A stretch of 64,000 nucleotides of DNA from Prevotellaceae bacterium UBA1743 (GTDB taxonomy: Bacteria > Bacteroidota > Bacteroidia > Bacteroidales > Bacteroidaceae). The notes under the pieces were generated by a model. That model did no database searches. It saw only the letters and a list, made by a program, of their open reading frames with translations, and was not told where the DNA came from. The stretch covers positions 991 to 64,990 of the forward strand of contig DCHV01000072.1 of assembly GCA_002314945.1 (NCBI GenBank), written 5' to 3'. Both the position numbers and the translations under genes were made by a program. Below, piece after piece: positions 37,843 through 49,781 of this stretch. Each line of letters begins with the position of its first letter. The stretch's first letter is position 1.

Positions 37843-39171
37843 ATGGACGAATTGAAAGGGAAAAAGGCGACCTATTTCACCTTAGGCTGCAAACTCAACT
37901 TCTCGGAGAGTAGTACCATCGGACAACAACTGAAAGAAGCAGGAGTTGAAACAGCGAAAGATGGTGAGATTGCAGATATTTGCATCATCAACACATGCAG
38001 CGTGACAGAAGTTGCCGAAAAAAAATGCCGACAAGCGATTCATCGTCTTGTGAGACAACATCCTGGGGCTGTGGTTGTCATCATTGGATGCTACGCACAA
38101 TTGAATCCAAAGCAAGTGTCACAGATTGAGGGAGTTGATGTCGTATTAGGAACTGAGCAAAAAGGAGACGTGCTACGCCACATTTCCCAGCGGTTGGCAA
38201 TGATGCCAGAAGAAAGGAAATTAGCAACACATGACTATATGGTTTCGCGTACCGCCGACATTAGAACCTTTGTTCCCAGTTGCTCTTGTGGTGACCGTAC
38301 GCGTTATTTCTTGAAGGTACAGGATGGCTGTGATTACTACTGCACTTATTGTACAATTCCATTCGCCCGAGGACGAAGCCGCAATGGGCATATTGCAGAT
38401 ATAGTACAACAAGCACAGGAAGTTGCAGATACAGGAGGAAAAGAAATCGTTATCACAGGTGTAAACATCGGCGACTTCGGAAAATCAACGGGAGAGGATT
38501 TCCTCCAACTTATTGAAGCACTCGATAAAGTGAAAGGAATTGAGCGCTTTCGTATCAGCAGTATTGAACCGAACCTGTTGACTGATGACATTATCCGATA
38601 TTGTGCACAGAGCAAAACTTTCATGCCACATTTCCATATCCCCCTTCAAAGCGGAAGCAACGAAGTACTCCGTCTTATGCACCGCAGATATTCAACAGAA
38701 TTTTTTGCACAAAAGATAGATCTTATTCGGCAACTTATGCCAGATGCCTTCATCGGGGTGGATGTTATTGCTGGCACAAGGGGAGAAACAAAAGAATATT
38801 TTGAACAGGCATTCCGTTTTTTAGAAGAAATAGATGTTTCACAATACCATGTTTTCCCCTATAGCGAGCGTCCTGGTACGAAGGCATTACAGATTTCACA
38901 TGTAGTCAGCGCAGAAGAAAGACACGACCGTTGTCAACGAATTTTGGAACTGAGCGATAGGAAATGGCGCAAGTTTTATGAACGATATCAGGGATCTATA
39001 CGACCTATACTGTTGGAGCACAACAAGACACCGCATCTGATGCACGGGTTCACCGATAACTATATTCGTGTGGAAATGAGAGCCGAAGATAGTTTGGACA
39101 ACCAGATTGTAATGGTTCAATTAGGAGATTGGAATCAAGAAGGTGACGCTTTGCAAGCCACAAAAATATGA
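37843..39171 (+). CDS. mtaB: tRNA t6A37 methylthiotransferase MtaB (radical SAM)
   Basis: ATYFTLGCKLNFSES N-terminal UPF0004 domain, radical-SAM CDYYCTYC, and a C-terminal TRAM-like region. The ATG at 37843 is preferred over the GTG at 37816, which overlaps the upstream stop. Confidence 0.8.
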   Translation: MDELKGKKATYFTLGCKLNFSESSTIGQQLKEAGVETAKDGEIADICIINTCSVTEVAEKKCRQAIHRLVRQHPGAVVVIIGCYAQLNPKQVSQIEGVDVVLGTEQKGDVLRHISQRLAMMPEERKLATHDYMVSRTADIRTFVPSCSCGDRTRYFLKVQDGCDYYCTYCTIPFARGRSRNGHIADIVQQAQEVADTGGKEIVITGVNIGDFGKSTGEDFLQLIEALDKVKGIERFRISSIEPNLLTDDIIRYCAQSKTFMPHFHIPLQSGSNEVLRLMHRRYSTEFFAQKIDLIRQLMPDAFIGVDVIAGTRGETKEYFEQAFRFLEEIDVSQYHVFPYSERPGTKALQISHVVSAEERHDRCQRILELSDRKWRKFYERYQGSIRPILLEHNKTPHLMHGFTDNYIRVEMRAEDSLDNQIVMVQLGDWNQEGDALQATKI

Positions 39172-40187
39172 GACTCAGCATCATCATATTAAACTGGAAT
39201 GGTCGGTCCATGATAGAACAATTCCTTCCCTCGGTAGTCAAATACTCTCCCGAAGCAGAAATCGTGGTAGCCGACAATGCAAGCACCGATGAATCATCAA
39301 AATTCCTCTCTGATAATTATCCCACAGTACGTCAGATAATATTGGATTGCAACTATGGATTTGCCGAAGGATACAATCGTGCAATAGCACAAGTAAATTC
39401 TGAATACATTCTACTGCTGAATAATGATGTAGAAGTGACAGACGGATGGTTGGACCCCCTCCTTACCTACATGGATGCAAACATCAATGTGGCTGCATGT
39501 CAACCCAAATTGCTTTGCCACTGGGAAAAAGATTCTTTCGAATATGCTGGAGCATGTGGCGGTTATATTGATTTGCTTGGATATCCCTATTGCAGAGGGC
39601 GTATATTTGACACGGTAGAACAGGATTTCGGTCAATACGACACTACCACAAAAGTGACATGGGCTACAGGAGCAGCCCTTCTCATTAGAAATTCTGTTTT
39701 CCGAGAAGTGGGTGGGTTAGACAAGCGATTCTTTGCTCACCAAGAGGAGATAGATTTATGTTGGAGATTACGAGCCAGAGGATATGACATTGTATGTATT
39801 CCAGACAGTGTCGTGTTTCACTTCGGCGGAGGAACCCTAAAAAAGGACAACCCACAAAAAACATATCTAAACTTCCGTAATAATTTATTTTTGCTTTACA
39901 AAAACCTACCTATGCATCGTTTGTGGTGGGTAATGAGCATTCGTACTGTCTTGGATGCAATGGCAGCGATGGTATTTTTGCTAAAGGGTAAAAGAGGTGA
40001 TGCTGCAGCCATATGGAAAGCCCACAAAGATTTCCAGATAAAGAAAAAAGGATTCAAAGAAGATAGGCTGCAAAACCTGCAAAAGCAAAAGGTATCGACA
40101 CAAAAAATCTTATCACGTCATTGTATTCTTTTCCAATACTATGCCCTAAGTAGAAAAACATTCAACCAATTGCCTAAATTTCAATAA
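39168..40187 (+). CDS. Family 2 glycosyltransferase
   Basis: LSIIILNWNG...VVADNASTDES...LLLNNDVEV motifs. ATGA start/stop overlap with mtaB. Confidence 0.8.
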   Translation: MRLSIIILNWNGRSMIEQFLPSVVKYSPEAEIVVADNASTDESSKFLSDNYPTVRQIILDCNYGFAEGYNRAIAQVNSEYILLLNNDVEVTDGWLDPLLTYMDANINVAACQPKLLCHWEKDSFEYAGACGGYIDLLGYPYCRGRIFDTVEQDFGQYDTTTKVTWATGAALLIRNSVFREVGGLDKRFFAHQEEIDLCWRLRARGYDIVCIPDSVVFHFGGGTLKKDNPQKTYLNFRNNLFLLYKNLPMHRLWWVMSIRTVLDAMAAMVFLLKGKRGDAAAIWKAHKDFQIKKKGFKEDRLQNLQKQKVSTQKILSRHCILFQYYALSRKTFNQLPKFQ

Positions 40188-40196
40188 GAATCAGAG

Positions 40197-42230
40197 ATGA
40201 TAGATAGAATCACCATAGACAAAATCATGGATACGGCCAATATTGTAGATGTGGTATCTGATTTCGTTACGTTGAAAAGAGCGGGTGCTAACCTAAAAGG
40301 CTTGTGTCCATTCCATGATGACCGAACTCCAAGCTTCATGGTATCACCAGCAAAGAATCTATGTAAATGTTTCGCTTGTGGAGAAGGTGGTAGCCCATTA
40401 AACTTCATCATGAAGCATGAACAACTGAGTTACCCTGATGCCCTACGATATCTGGCAAGAAAATATGGTATTCCTTTTGAAGAAAAGGAATTGAGTAAGG
40501 AAGAAAAACAATCTCAGAATGACCGAGAGAGTATGTTCATCATTAACGAATGGGCCAAAAACTGGTTTATTCATCAATTGTACGATACACCAGATGGAAC
40601 AGCTATCGGTTTAGCCTATTTTCGGAATAGAGGATTCCGTGATGACATCGTCCGTAAGTTCGAAATTGGATATTGCCCTAATGGAAAGACTACATCGATA
40701 GCAAAAGAAGCCATTGCTGAAGGTTACGAAGAAAAGTACCTCGTCAGCGAGACCAACATTGATGACCCAAAGACAAGCATTGGAACGGGATTATGCCTGA
40801 AGAATGAACGAGGAGAACTTCGTGATCGTTTCCACGATAGAGTCATGTGGCCGATTTTCACTATGAGTGGTAGAGTTGCAGGCTTCGGAGGACGTGTACT
40901 GGATGCACGTACCCATGGGGTAAATGTGAAGTATCAAAACTCACCTGAGAGCATCGTATATAGCAAACGCCGAGAACTCTTCGGACTTTATCAAGCCAAA
41001 CAAGCCATCCGTTTAAAAGATCTCTGCTATTTAGTGGAAGGATATACAGATGTGATGGCCATGCACCAGAATGGATTGGAGAATGTGGTGGCATCATCGG
41101 GTACAGCTCTTACATTCGAACAGATACGATTGATCAAACGACTTACCAACAACATTACACTGATTTTCGATGGCGACTCAGCTGGAATAAAAGCCAGCCT
41201 CAGAGGTACTGATATGCTTTTGAGCGAAGGGATGAATGTGAAATTACTCTTACTTCCAGATGGAGAGGATCCTGATAGTTTTGGAAGGAAACGCAATGCC
41301 ACCGAATACCAGGCCTACATGGCTGAGCATCAGATAGACTTCATTCAGTACAAAACGGAAACATTGATGAAAGAAGCTCAAGGCGACCCCAGCAAGCAAG
41401 GACGTGTTGTAAGCAATATTGTAAGCAGTATAGCGGTAGTACCTGATGAGATTACAAGAGTTTTCTATATTCAACAAGCATCACAAATGCTTCAGTTGGA
41501 AGTCGATTTGATAACCAAATCCGTCAATCAGGCCATTATCAATATAAGAGAGGAAAAGCGGAAGGAAAATGAGCGCGAGATAAATCGCATTGCAGCGCAA
41601 ACAAATACGGACGAACAATCGCAATCAACGGCTAATGAACAGAATATAGAGATAGACGTTCAATCAAAGGAATTTGACAAGCGCGAACAACAAATTGTTG
41701 AAATGGTTATCCGATATGGAGAACAGGTGATAATAAATATAATGGACAACAATGGGAACACCCAGCCTCTCACACTTTCGGAAGTAGTAGCACGCAGCCT
41801 TGAAGCAGACAAAATCCCATTCCAGTCACCACTATGTGTACAGATTCTGAATGAAGCGAAAAATCAAAGCGGTCAAGAAAATTTCATTGCAGAAAAATAC
41901 TTCCTAAACCATCGCAATCCCGACATTGCACAACTGGCTTTCACTTTGTTGGACAAGGAAGAGCTGAGTCGTATTTTCCAAAGTCAAGAAAAGGAAGAAG
42001 GCCTGACACTTGATCCCAATTCCCTATATCAAGAAACCATGCATTTGCTTTTGGAGTACAAGTATGGAATCATACAGAGCAAAATAAGATCAATCCTTCG
42101 CCAAACCAAAAATCCGAATTTGAAAAAAGACAAGAATCAATACCGTGCACTGACGATTCAATTCATGGAATACAAAGAGATTGAGAAAAGACTTGCAAAA
42201 GAGTGTGGAGAAAGAGTTCTCTCCAACTAA
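40197..42230 (+). CDS. dnaG: DNA primase
   Basis: Zinc finger [29 protein letters not shown] and TOPRIM motifs ([18 protein letters not shown]). Confidence 0.92.
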   Translation: MIDRITIDKIMDTANIVDVVSDFVTLKRAGANLKGLCPFHDDRTPSFMVSPAKNLCKCFACGEGGSPLNFIMKHEQLSYPDALRYLARKYGIPFEEKELSKEEKQSQNDRESMFIINEWAKNWFIHQLYDTPDGTAIGLAYFRNRGFRDDIVRKFEIGYCPNGKTTSIAKEAIAEGYEEKYLVSETNIDDPKTSIGTGLCLKNERGELRDRFHDRVMWPIFTMSGRVAGFGGRVLDARTHGVNVKYQNSPESIVYSKRRELFGLYQAKQAIRLKDLCYLVEGYTDVMAMHQNGLENVVASSGTALTFEQIRLIKRLTNNITLIFDGDSAGIKASLRGTDMLLSEGMNVKLLLLPDGEDPDSFGRKRNATEYQAYMAEHQIDFIQYKTETLMKEAQGDPSKQGRVVSNIVSSIAVVPDEITRVFYIQQASQMLQLEVDLITKSVNQAIINIREEKRKENEREINRIAAQTNTDEQSQSTANEQNIEIDVQSKEFDKREQQIVEMVIRYGEQVIINIMDNNGNTQPLTLSEVVARSLEADKIPFQSPLCVQILNEAKNQSGQENFIAEKYFLNHRNPDIAQLAFTLLDKEELSRIFQSQEKEEGLTLDPNSLYQETMHLLLEYKYGIIQSKIRSILRQTKNPNLKKDKNQYRALTIQFMEYKEIEKRLAKECGERVLSN

Positions 42231-42820
42231 GAACGGACCAACACCAAAAACTCCTCACGGGTCTTTGCCTGATTGAAAGCACCACAGAAATCACTGGTAG
42301 TAGTGATGCTTCCTTGTTTCTCCACGCCACGCATCTGCATACACATGTGTTGAGCTTCAATTACCACCATCACGCCCAATGGATGCAAAGCTTCTTGAAT
42401 ACATTCCCGTATCTGCTTCGTCATGCGTTCTTGAATTTGCAGGCGATGTGAAAAACAATCCACCACACGGGCAATCTTGCTCAATCCCGTCACTTGACCA
42501 TTGGGAATATATGCCACATGAACCTTGCCATAAAAGGGGAGCAAGTGGTGTTCACACAACGAATAGAAATTGATGTCTCTGACAATGACCATTTGACGAT
42601 AGTCCTCATTAAACTTTGCACTATTCAAGATGTCTACTGGATCTTGATTGTACCCGCGCATCAAATCAGTCATGGCACGAGCCACACGACGAGGAGTCTT
42701 GAGTAGTCCTTCCCTGTCAGCATCCTCACCCACAAGTTCCAGAATGCGACGGATATGTGTCTGGATTTCCTTCTCTGAAGGAGTGAGTTCTTTGTTCCCG
42801 ATATTAGAAGACATACGCAT
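42227..42820 (-). CDS. folE: GTP cyclohydrolase I
   Basis: [22 protein letters not shown] and the QVQERLT-like LQIQERMT motif. The stop codon overlaps the convergent dnaG stop by 4 nt. Confidence 0.9.
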   Translation of the reverse strand: MRMSSNIGNKELTPSEKEIQTHIRRILELVGEDADREGLLKTPRRVARAMTDLMRGYNQDPVDILNSAKFNEDYRQMVIVRDINFYSLCEHHLLPFYGKVHVAYIPNGQVTGLSKIARVVDCFSHRLQIQERMTKQIRECIQEALHPLGVMVVIEAQHMCMQMRGVEKQGSITTTSDFCGAFNQAKTREEFLVLVRS

Positions 42821-43340
42821 TAACCTTACTCTTCACAATGACAGCCTCTTGGAAGTTTCCAGTTTCCTTCAACTTTTGAAACACCTCATTGGCTTCCTCA
42901 TACGTTTTAAAATCACCAACCCTGCAAATCCAATGAGGGCTCTGAAAATGAGTATAAACCTTCAAGTCACTGAAATAAGTTTTGACGCGATTTCCCATAC
43001 TTAGTGCCAGCTGCTTGGCTTGACGCGAATTTCCTCCTGAGAACACCTGAATCCGATACCCGTTGATTCTGATTTTCTGCACATTCATCCCCTCAGTGAC
43101 TTTCAACGTGTCAATATTTGTCACGAGTGTATCGGAAGATGGTATCCGAACTGTTTGATTTGTCGTTTGATTTGTCGTTGAAGCACTTTTCCCATTTACC
43201 AATTCTGTAATCCTTTCACTCTGATGAAGAATGATATGCCCCTCTCCAACCTGGGATTGCTGAATGTATTCTGTAAACTTTGTTTGGGACATTGCGGGCA
43301 ACGTCACGAAAACAAGGAGTGCGATAAATGTCTTATTCAT
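42804..43340 (-). CDS. SPOR domain-containing protein
   Basis: Signal/anchor peptide and a C-terminal SPOR-like segment [18 protein letters not shown]...[17 protein letters not shown]. Confidence 0.75.
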   Translation of the reverse strand: MNKTFIALLVFVTLPAMSQTKFTEYIQQSQVGEGHIILHQSERITELVNGKSASTTNQTTNQTVRIPSSDTLVTNIDTLKVTEGMNVQKIRINGYRIQVFSGGNSRQAKQLALSMGNRVKTYFSDLKVYTHFQSPHWICRVGDFKTYEEANEVFQKLKETGNFQEAVIVKSKVNAYVF

Positions 43341-43352
43341 ATCGAAAAGGAT

Positions 43353-43386
43353 ACCATTCCGTAGGGTGAATCCTCTACGGAATGGT
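43353..43386 (-). terminator. Hairpin terminator after tpiA (potentially bidirectional)
   Basis: 12 bp stem ACCATTCCGTAG / CTACGGAATGGT, with T-rich tracts on both strands (TTTTTA on plus, CCTTTTCG on minus). Confidence 0.7.
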
Positions 43387-43409
43387 TTTTATATTAAAAT
43401 ATTAGATGA

Positions 43410-44168
43410 TTATTTCCATGCATCAATGATTCCCTTGAAATCGGGAGCTTTCAGAGAAGCGCCGCCAATCAAGCCACCATCAATATCAGGCTTTGCAAAT
43501 AGTTCGGGAGCATTGCTTGCCTTGCAACTACCACCATACAGGATGCTGGTCTCATCAGCCAATTGTGCACCATATACTTCAGCTACACATGCACGAATGT
43601 AACGATGGATTTCCTCTGCTTGTTCTGAAGTGGCAGTCTTGCCTGTACCAATAGCCCAAATAGGTTCGTATGCGATAACGATGTTCTTCCACTGCTCAGG
43701 AGTCAAATGAAATACGCTACCAGCCAATTCTGCCTTGCAAACAGCCTCTTGTTCGTTTGCTTCACGTTGTGCCAAACTTTCGCCAATGCAGAAGATTACC
43801 TTCAGACCATTCTCCAATGCCAAATCTACTTTTTCTTTCAAGATTTCAGGAGTCTCATTGTAATATTCGCGACGCTCGCTATGACCCAGAATTACGTATT
43901 CGGCACCAGTACTCTTTACCATGGCTGCACTTACCTCGCCAGTATAGGCACCACTTGCCTTATCAGCACAATTCTCAGCACTTACGGCAATCACACTATC
44001 CTTCAGAAGTTCGCTGACGGTTGCAAGATGTATAAAGGGAGTACCGATAATCACTTCGCAATTGGGCTTCTCAGCAGCCAACACTTCTTTCAATTCGGTA
44101 GCTAATGCTACACCTTCCTGCAGGTTCTTGTTCATTTTCCAGTTTCCTGCTACAATTTTTTTTCTCAT
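43410..44168 (-). CDS. tpiA: Triosephosphate isomerase
   Basis: [27 protein letters not shown] and GGSCKASN motifs. Confidence 0.95.
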   Translation of the reverse strand: MRKKIVAGNWKMNKNLQEGVALATELKEVLAAEKPNCEVIIGTPFIHLATVSELLKDSVIAVSAENCADKASGAYTGEVSAAMVKSTGAEYVILGHSERREYYNETPEILKEKVDLALENGLKVIFCIGESLAQREANEQEAVCKAELAGSVFHLTPEQWKNIVIAYEPIWAIGTGKTATSEQAEEIHRYIRACVAEVYGAQLADETSILYGGSCKASNAPELFAKPDIDGGLIGGASLKAPDFKGIIDAWK

Positions 44169-44202
44169 TTGTAATACTAATGTTTAATGTTTGATAAAAT
44201 AA

Positions 44203-45489
44203 CTAACAAATATTTTTTCTTTCAGTTCTTTTCTTTCTCCATTCCCACAATCTGTCGCAAAGCGTCAAAAAAAGTAATGGAATGACAAACCATAATATAA
44301 GGTCTAACAACTTCTTTGAATGTTTGACAGGTGCTGGATGGGCAATCTCTGCATCATCCAACGGAGCACGCAACTCCTCTTGTGTTGGCAGATTTGTGGA
44401 GGGCCATTTGTTTACAACCACACTCCCATCCAGCAGAATCAGTCCTGGATTGGAACGAACCATTGTTTTCAAGATCACATCGTCCACCCGATAAAACGGA
44501 TATTCTGCCCCTGTAAGATCCCTCCATCGTTCTATTTCTTCGTTACTCCCAGCCGTGAGACCCCATAAATGATATTCTTGCCCCTGACAAAAATCATATA
44601 ATGAAGCAATACGGTCTATCGCTCCATCATCTGCCTCTGCAATATCAGGTAGAACAAGAAGGAATTTGTAGCCGACACATGAGAGAAGAGAATCCGTCAC
44701 TTCTGCTCCAGATTGGATGGAAGTAATAACAAAATCATCATGAAGCGCCTGTGATTCTTCCTCGTCATGCATTACCATACGAGTATCCACAAGTGTCCAC
44801 GTACTATCTGGATAATCCTCCAACGAATACTCCTTTTCAATGCCATCCTTGCGCATCACAAAGAAGGTTTCATAGGAATTAGTGGCCGAAGAACGAAGTT
44901 GTAACAGGTCTGCTCCTATATGATAAGGTCGAAAGTCCATGACGGGTAATCCGTAAAGATTGCTGAGTGTCAATCCAAAAGCATAAAGCCAAGCATAAAA
45001 CGAAATCATCCATTGATTACGCTCCGAGATAAAACGAGTCATCCGTTGTGGTTGGATGGCAGTCACCAAACATGCAATCCAAAGAATACAATTCTTGGCA
45101 AATGTTTGCCAGTTGCTCAGCACTACCGCATCTCCAAAGCAGCCACAATCACGAATCGGATTCTCTATTGCCAGGTAAAGAGTCAAAAATGTAACGAGCG
45201 TCAAAAAGACCAACAAAAGACGTGTCGTCCTCAATCGCCTCGTACCAAAGAACATATAAATACCCATGGCAAATTCAAACAAGGCTAACAAGACGGAAAG
45301 GACTAAAGGTACATACTGAGGCAGGAACGCAGAGAGTCCAAATACCTCTCCGTAATCTTGAATCTTGTATTCTGTACCGCGAGGGTCAATCAGTTTTACG
45401 AAACCCGAGAAAATGAATGCTGCTGCCAACACGAAACGGCATACATTCACCAAAATCCATATCAACGCCTGTCGGATGTTATTCACCAA
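44203..45489 (-). CDS. DoxX-like membrane protein with C-terminal thioredoxin-fold-like domain (BT_3928-type)
   Basis: Several TM helices (FIFSGFVKLIDP...) followed by a soluble C-terminal half. The tpiA / DoxX-like / DUF1599 order is, as I recall, conserved in Bacteroidales. Confidence 0.65.
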   Translation of the reverse strand: MVNNIRQALIWILVNVCRFVLAAAFIFSGFVKLIDPRGTEYKIQDYGEVFGLSAFLPQYVPLVLSVLLALFEFAMGIYMFFGTRRLRTTRLLLVFLTLVTFLTLYLAIENPIRDCGCFGDAVVLSNWQTFAKNCILWIACLVTAIQPQRMTRFISERNQWMISFYAWLYAFGLTLSNLYGLPVMDFRPYHIGADLLQLRSSATNSYETFFVMRKDGIEKEYSLEDYPDSTWTLVDTRMVMHDEEESQALHDDFVITSIQSGAEVTDSLLSCVGYKFLLVLPDIAEADDGAIDRIASLYDFCQGQEYHLWGLTAGSNEEIERWRDLTGAEYPFYRVDDVILKTMVRSNPGLILLDGSVVVNKWPSTNLPTQEELRAPLDDAEIAHPAPVKHSKKLLDLILWFVIPLLFLTLCDRLWEWRKKRTERKNIC

Positions 45490-46021
45490 ATGTCAACTTT
45501 ATGAGACCAAATACGGCATAGTTCATCATGTCCATATAATTGGCATCTATGCCCTCCGATATCAAAGTGTCACCATGAAGGGACTCTATCTGTTTCGTAC
45601 GAAATATCTTCATCAAGATGAGATCTGTATAACTGCTGACGCGCATGCCACGCCATGCTTCATCATAATCATGATTTTTTCGCAACATCAATTTGAGAGT
45701 TTCCCCGGCATGACGATCATATTCTGCCAACGCTTCCTCAACGGTCATATCTCCCACTTTTTCTGCATAACCTAAATCCAACTGGATAAGGCCAATCAAA
45801 GCATAGTTCACAATTCCTATGAACTCAGGGCGAATACCTTCGTTTATCATCGTTACGCCTTTTGTCTCAATACTCCGGATTCTGTTTGCCTTGATGAATA
45901 TCTGATCCGTAAGTGAACAAGGACGCAAGATGCGCCAAGCTGCACCATAGTCGTGTAGCTTCTTAGCAAACACATCACGGCATTCTGCCATGATTTTCTC
46001 AAATTGCTCACGTGTATCCAT
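45479..46021 (-). CDS. DUF1599 domain-containing protein
   Basis: An internally duplicated ~90 aa unit (KLHDYGAAWRILR... / KNHDYDEAWRGMR...) is typical of DUF1599. Confidence 0.7.
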   Translation of the reverse strand: MDTREQFEKIMAECRDVFAKKLHDYGAAWRILRPCSLTDQIFIKANRIRSIETKGVTMINEGIRPEFIGIVNYALIGLIQLDLGYAEKVGDMTVEEALAEYDRHAGETLKLMLRKNHDYDEAWRGMRVSSYTDLILMKIFRTKQIESLHGDTLISEGIDANYMDMMNYAVFGLIKLTFGE

Positions 46022-46037
46022 ATTACTCTTCTATTTG

Positions 46038-46064
46038 AAAAAAAGGCCCCTGTGTAGGAGCCTT
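46038..46064 (-). terminator. Rho-independent terminator after the M23/LysM peptidase gene
   Basis: Minus-strand stem AAGGCTCC/GGGGCCTT (one G-U pair), loop TACACA, then TTTTTTT. Confidence 0.65.
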
Positions 46065-46084
46065 ATTCTCTATTATTCGTTCTA

Positions 46085-47077
46085 TCAGTTGAACTTTAGA
46101 ATCTGGCCAATACGAAGGGTCGTATTTTCTGAGATATTATTCAATTTACACAATTTCTTCACAGTAGTCCCGTGCCGTTTTGCAATAGCAGACAAGTTGT
46201 CTCCAGTCTTTACACGGTACACATTGTTGCGAGGCTTGGACTTCATCTCCTGCTTCTTTTCTTCCTGGAAAGCCCGACTTTCATCTGCCTTTGCCAGAAG
46301 CATTGCTTCTTCTTCGGAAATCTCGCTTTCGCCACCCACTACATCGTGCGACTCAATCAATGTGCCTTTTCCGCCCGAACGATAGACAAAATAATCACCC
46401 AATACATCCTGAGCCTCGAAATTGAATAATTTTTCCGGATTAATGAATTGTCCGATGAAACGCGTCTCGAAATGAAGATGAGAACCATAGGAACGACCTG
46501 TGTTTCCTCCCAATCCAATAGGTTGGCCAGCCCTTACCACTTGATCATTGATGACCAATTGCTTACTCATGTGACCATAGAGTGTTTCCAATCCATTGGG
46601 ATGACGGATAACGACATATTTTCCATATCCCTTTCGCTCATACTCTACCACACGCACCTTGCCATCGAAGGCTGCACGAATTGTATCACCCACATATACC
46701 TTGATATCCGTTCCATAATGCTGACGACGGAAACGACGACGATAGCCATAATGACTGGTCACGGTACGATTGTCACAAGGCATGTGAAAACCACGAAGGT
46801 CTATCTTGTATCCATTGGGAATTTCCACTCCATATTGAGCTACATATTCGTTGGTCCAATTCGGATAGAGATCTGCAGCCGGATTCGACAAATTCTGCTC
46901 TTGGTGAATCAGACGTACAATAGCCACGCTGTCTATCGTCTGGAGTTTCTTGTCCAGTGGCGCTATGTCGGCCAATTGATCTTGACCTGCGACAGAGATG
47001 GAACAGAGTGCCAAGACTCCAACCATCACATGTCTGCTAATGTTTCTTAATTTAATCTGCATTCCTTTACCTAACAT
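46085..47077 (-). CDS. M23 family metallopeptidase with C-terminal LysM domain
   Basis: HYGTDIKV and GNTGRSYGSHLHFE M23 motifs. LysM segment: YRVKTGDNLSAIAKRHGTTVKKLCKLNNI. Confidence 0.85.
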   Translation of the reverse strand: MLGKGMQIKLRNISRHVMVGVLALCSISVAGQDQLADIAPLDKKLQTIDSVAIVRLIHQEQNLSNPAADLYPNWTNEYVAQYGVEIPNGYKIDLRGFHMPCDNRTVTSHYGYRRRFRRQHYGTDIKVYVGDTIRAAFDGKVRVVEYERKGYGKYVVIRHPNGLETLYGHMSKQLVINDQVVRAGQPIGLGGNTGRSYGSHLHFETRFIGQFINPEKLFNFEAQDVLGDYFVYRSGGKGTLIESHDVVGGESEISEEEAMLLAKADESRAFQEEKKQEMKSKPRNNVYRVKTGDNLSAIAKRHGTTVKKLCKLNNISENTTLRIGQILKFN

Positions 47078-47098
47078 TTTTCATGTGCAAAGTATCTC

Positions 47099-47563
47099 TC
47101 ATTGCCATTCGTCGATGGCATACAGGCGATCCAGATTCAAATCGTACAAATCATACAATTCCTCGGGACGGAAGAAACGGGCCAACTCCACCACAGCCGC
47201 CTCAGGAGAGTCAGAGGCATGTACTATATTCTGCTGATTGCTCATGCAATAATCACCACGAATAGTGCCTGGATCAGCCTTTCGGCCATTGGTGTAACCA
47301 GTAATGTAGCGAACCACTGCTATCGCATCTACCCCTTCGAGACACATCGCCACCACAGGCGTCTTCATCATCGAAGCTTTTAGAGCGGGGAAGAAGGGCT
47401 TCCCTAATAGATGTGAATAGTGATCATCCAACAATTCGTCGGTCAACTGCATCATCTTCATGCCAGCAATGCGAAGCCCTTTTTTTTCGAATCTGCTGAT
47501 AATCTCACCTATCAGTGCCCTTTGCACCGTACTTGGTTTGAGCAAAACAAGTGTTCGTTCCAT
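47099..47563 (-). CDS. ndk: Nucleoside-diphosphate kinase
   Basis: ERTLVLLKP...ISRFEKKGL...NIVHASDS motifs, 154 aa. Confidence 0.92.
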   Translation of the reverse strand: MERTLVLLKPSTVQRALIGEIISRFEKKGLRIAGMKMMQLTDELLDDHYSHLLGKPFFPALKASMMKTPVVAMCLEGVDAIAVVRYITGYTNGRKADPGTIRGDYCMSNQQNIVHASDSPEAAVVELARFFRPEELYDLYDLNLDRLYAIDEWQ

Positions 47564-47622
47564 TTTGTCATTTCTTTTGCCAAATGCCGTTCATTTTGAG
47601 CGGTTTTTGCACATTTCGGGGG

Positions 47623-47630
47623 CAAAGTTA
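47623..47630 (-). promoter_or_regulatory. -7 box TAACTTTG (minus strand) upstream of ndk
   Basis: The plus-strand sequence CAAAGTTA is the reverse complement of TAACTTTG, ~60 nt upstream of the ndk start. Confidence 0.5.
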
Positions 47631-47684
47631 ATAATAAAAAGCCACATACAAAAATTTTTTAGGCTTTTTATTGTATTATACTCC

Positions 47685-49781
47685 TTATGAAATAACGCTC
47701 CAATCTTCGTTGTTTTGTTTAAGCTCTTGTAAATGAGCCCATAATATTTTATTATCCGGATTCTGTTGAAAAGGGTCATTTTCCAGCACCCAATTAGCTG
47801 TATCACGTGCCAACTGCACCAACTGCCCATCTCGAGCCAAATTTGCCAACTTTAAGTCGAAGGCTACTCCACTCTGTTGTGTACCCTCCAAATCGCCTGG
47901 GCCTCTCAGCTTTAGATCAGCCTCCGAAATTTCAAAACCATCATTTGTCTCGGTCATAATCTCAATCCTACGACGTGAGTCCTTACTCAACTCGTATCCA
48001 GTCACCAGAATACAATACGAATGGTCAGATCCGCGCCCTACTCTACCACGCAACTGATGGAGTTGTGACAACCCAAAGCGTTCGGCATTCTCAATGACCA
48101 TCACAGTAGCATTCGGCACATTCACACCCACCTCGATAACGGTAGTTGCCACCAGAATCTGAGTTTCGCCACTCACGAAACGTTGCATTTGTTCCTCTTT
48201 TTCCGATGCTTTCATCTGTCCGTGTACCATGCTCACTTTATAATGGGCAAAAATCTGTTGGAAATGAGCAAAGCCCTGTTCGGCATTTTTCAGGTCCACC
48301 TTCTCACTTTCCTTTACAAGCGGATAAACCACATACGCCTGACGTCCCAGACGCAATTGTTGTCCGATGCGCTCATACAAGTCTTGAGGCCTCTCGTCAT
48401 ACATGTGAATGGTATGGATAGGTTTTCTGCCAGGAGGAAGTTCGTTGATGACAGACACATCCAAATCGCCATATAGGGTCATAGCCAAGGTCCGTGGAAT
48501 AGGAGTAGCCGTCATTACCAGTACATGAGGCGGGGCCACACTTTTACGCCACAAACGTGCACGTTGAGCCACACCAAAACGATGCTGCTCGTCGATAATC
48601 ACCAATCCGAGTCGTGAAAATTGCACAGGATCCTCTATGATGGCGTGTGTTCCTATCAGGATGTGTATACTTCCGTCAGTCAGGCCCTCCAATACAGCCT
48701 TGCGCCTTTTCCCCTTTACAACTCCCGTCAGGAGTTCCACATTCACAGGCAAATCTCGGAGCATGGAACGGAATGTCTCTGCATGTTGTTCTGCCAGGAT
48801 TTCGGTAGGGGCCATGAGACACGTTTGATAGCCATTCCCTATTGCAATAAGCATTACCATTAGGGCCACCAATGTTTTCCCACTACCCACATCCCCTTGC
48901 AAGAGACGGTTCATCTGCCGGCCGCTACACATGTCCTTGCGCATTTCGCGAATGACACGTTTTTGCGCTTCCGTCAGCTCAAAGGGGAGACAAGATTGGA
49001 AAAACGTATGGAAGAGAGGTCCCACCACCGAGAATACAAACCCTTTGCTCTTCCTCTGTCGTTCCATGGAATAGCGCAGGATAGACAATTGCACATAGAA
49101 TAATTCCTCGAATTTGAGGCGGTATATTGCATTCGATAATTGGAGTGCGCTTGTGGGGTAATGGGCAACTCTCAATGCCTCGTTCAGCGACATCAGTTTT
49201 AGACGATCCCTAATGTAGGTGGGTAGCGTCTCGGGTATCGATTCGTTGAGTTGATTCAGTAGGGTGTTGGTGAAATGTTCGAGAGTACGCGATGTCATAC
49301 CGGCCTTCTTCATCCGTTCGGTAGTGTTGTAATAAGGCTGCATACTCATCTTGCTCAGCATGAGTGAATCAGCTGGATCGACATCGGGATGGTTCAGTTG
49401 AATACGACCATTGAAAGCGGAAGGCTTCCCGAAGAGGATGTATTCCTGATGAGTTTTCAAGTGGGATGTGATATAACGCAAGCCATTGAACCACACTACA
49501 TCCATGACTCCTTTGCCATCTGTGAAGTGGCCTATCAGATGTTTTTTTCGACCAATTCCATTCTCTTCGAAACTGAGGAATACACCCTTTAGTTGCACAA
49601 ACGGCATATCGGGTGCCAACTCGTTGATTTGGTACAATCTGCTACGATCAATGTGTTTGTATGGAAAATAGTACAACAAGTCATACCAGCTAACAAGGCC
49701 CAGTTCACTCTCGAGCAGTTTAGCGCGTTGCGGCCCGATACCTGGCAAATACGTAAGAGGAGTTTTCCTTAAGTCTTGCAT
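47685..49781 (-). CDS. recG: ATP-dependent DNA helicase RecG
   Basis: Wedge-domain N-terminus, [27 protein letters not shown] and [12 protein letters not shown] motifs. Confidence 0.92.
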   Translation of the reverse strand: MQDLRKTPLTYLPGIGPQRAKLLESELGLVSWYDLLYYFPYKHIDRSRLYQINELAPDMPFVQLKGVFLSFEENGIGRKKHLIGHFTDGKGVMDVVWFNGLRYITSHLKTHQEYILFGKPSAFNGRIQLNHPDVDPADSLMLSKMSMQPYYNTTERMKKAGMTSRTLEHFTNTLLNQLNESIPETLPTYIRDRLKLMSLNEALRVAHYPTSALQLSNAIYRLKFEELFYVQLSILRYSMERQRKSKGFVFSVVGPLFHTFFQSCLPFELTEAQKRVIREMRKDMCSGRQMNRLLQGDVGSGKTLVALMVMLIAIGNGYQTCLMAPTEILAEQHAETFRSMLRDLPVNVELLTGVVKGKRRKAVLEGLTDGSIHILIGTHAIIEDPVQFSRLGLVIIDEQHRFGVAQRARLWRKSVAPPHVLVMTATPIPRTLAMTLYGDLDVSVINELPPGRKPIHTIHMYDERPQDLYERIGQQLRLGRQAYVVYPLVKESEKVDLKNAEQGFAHFQQIFAHYKVSMVHGQMKASEKEEQMQRFVSGETQILVATTVIEVGVNVPNATVMVIENAERFGLSQLHQLRGRVGRGSDHSYCILVTGYELSKDSRRRIEIMTETNDGFEISEADLKLRGPGDLEGTQQSGVAFDLKLANLARDGQLVQLARDTANWVLENDPFQQNPDNKILWAHLQELKQNNEDWSVIS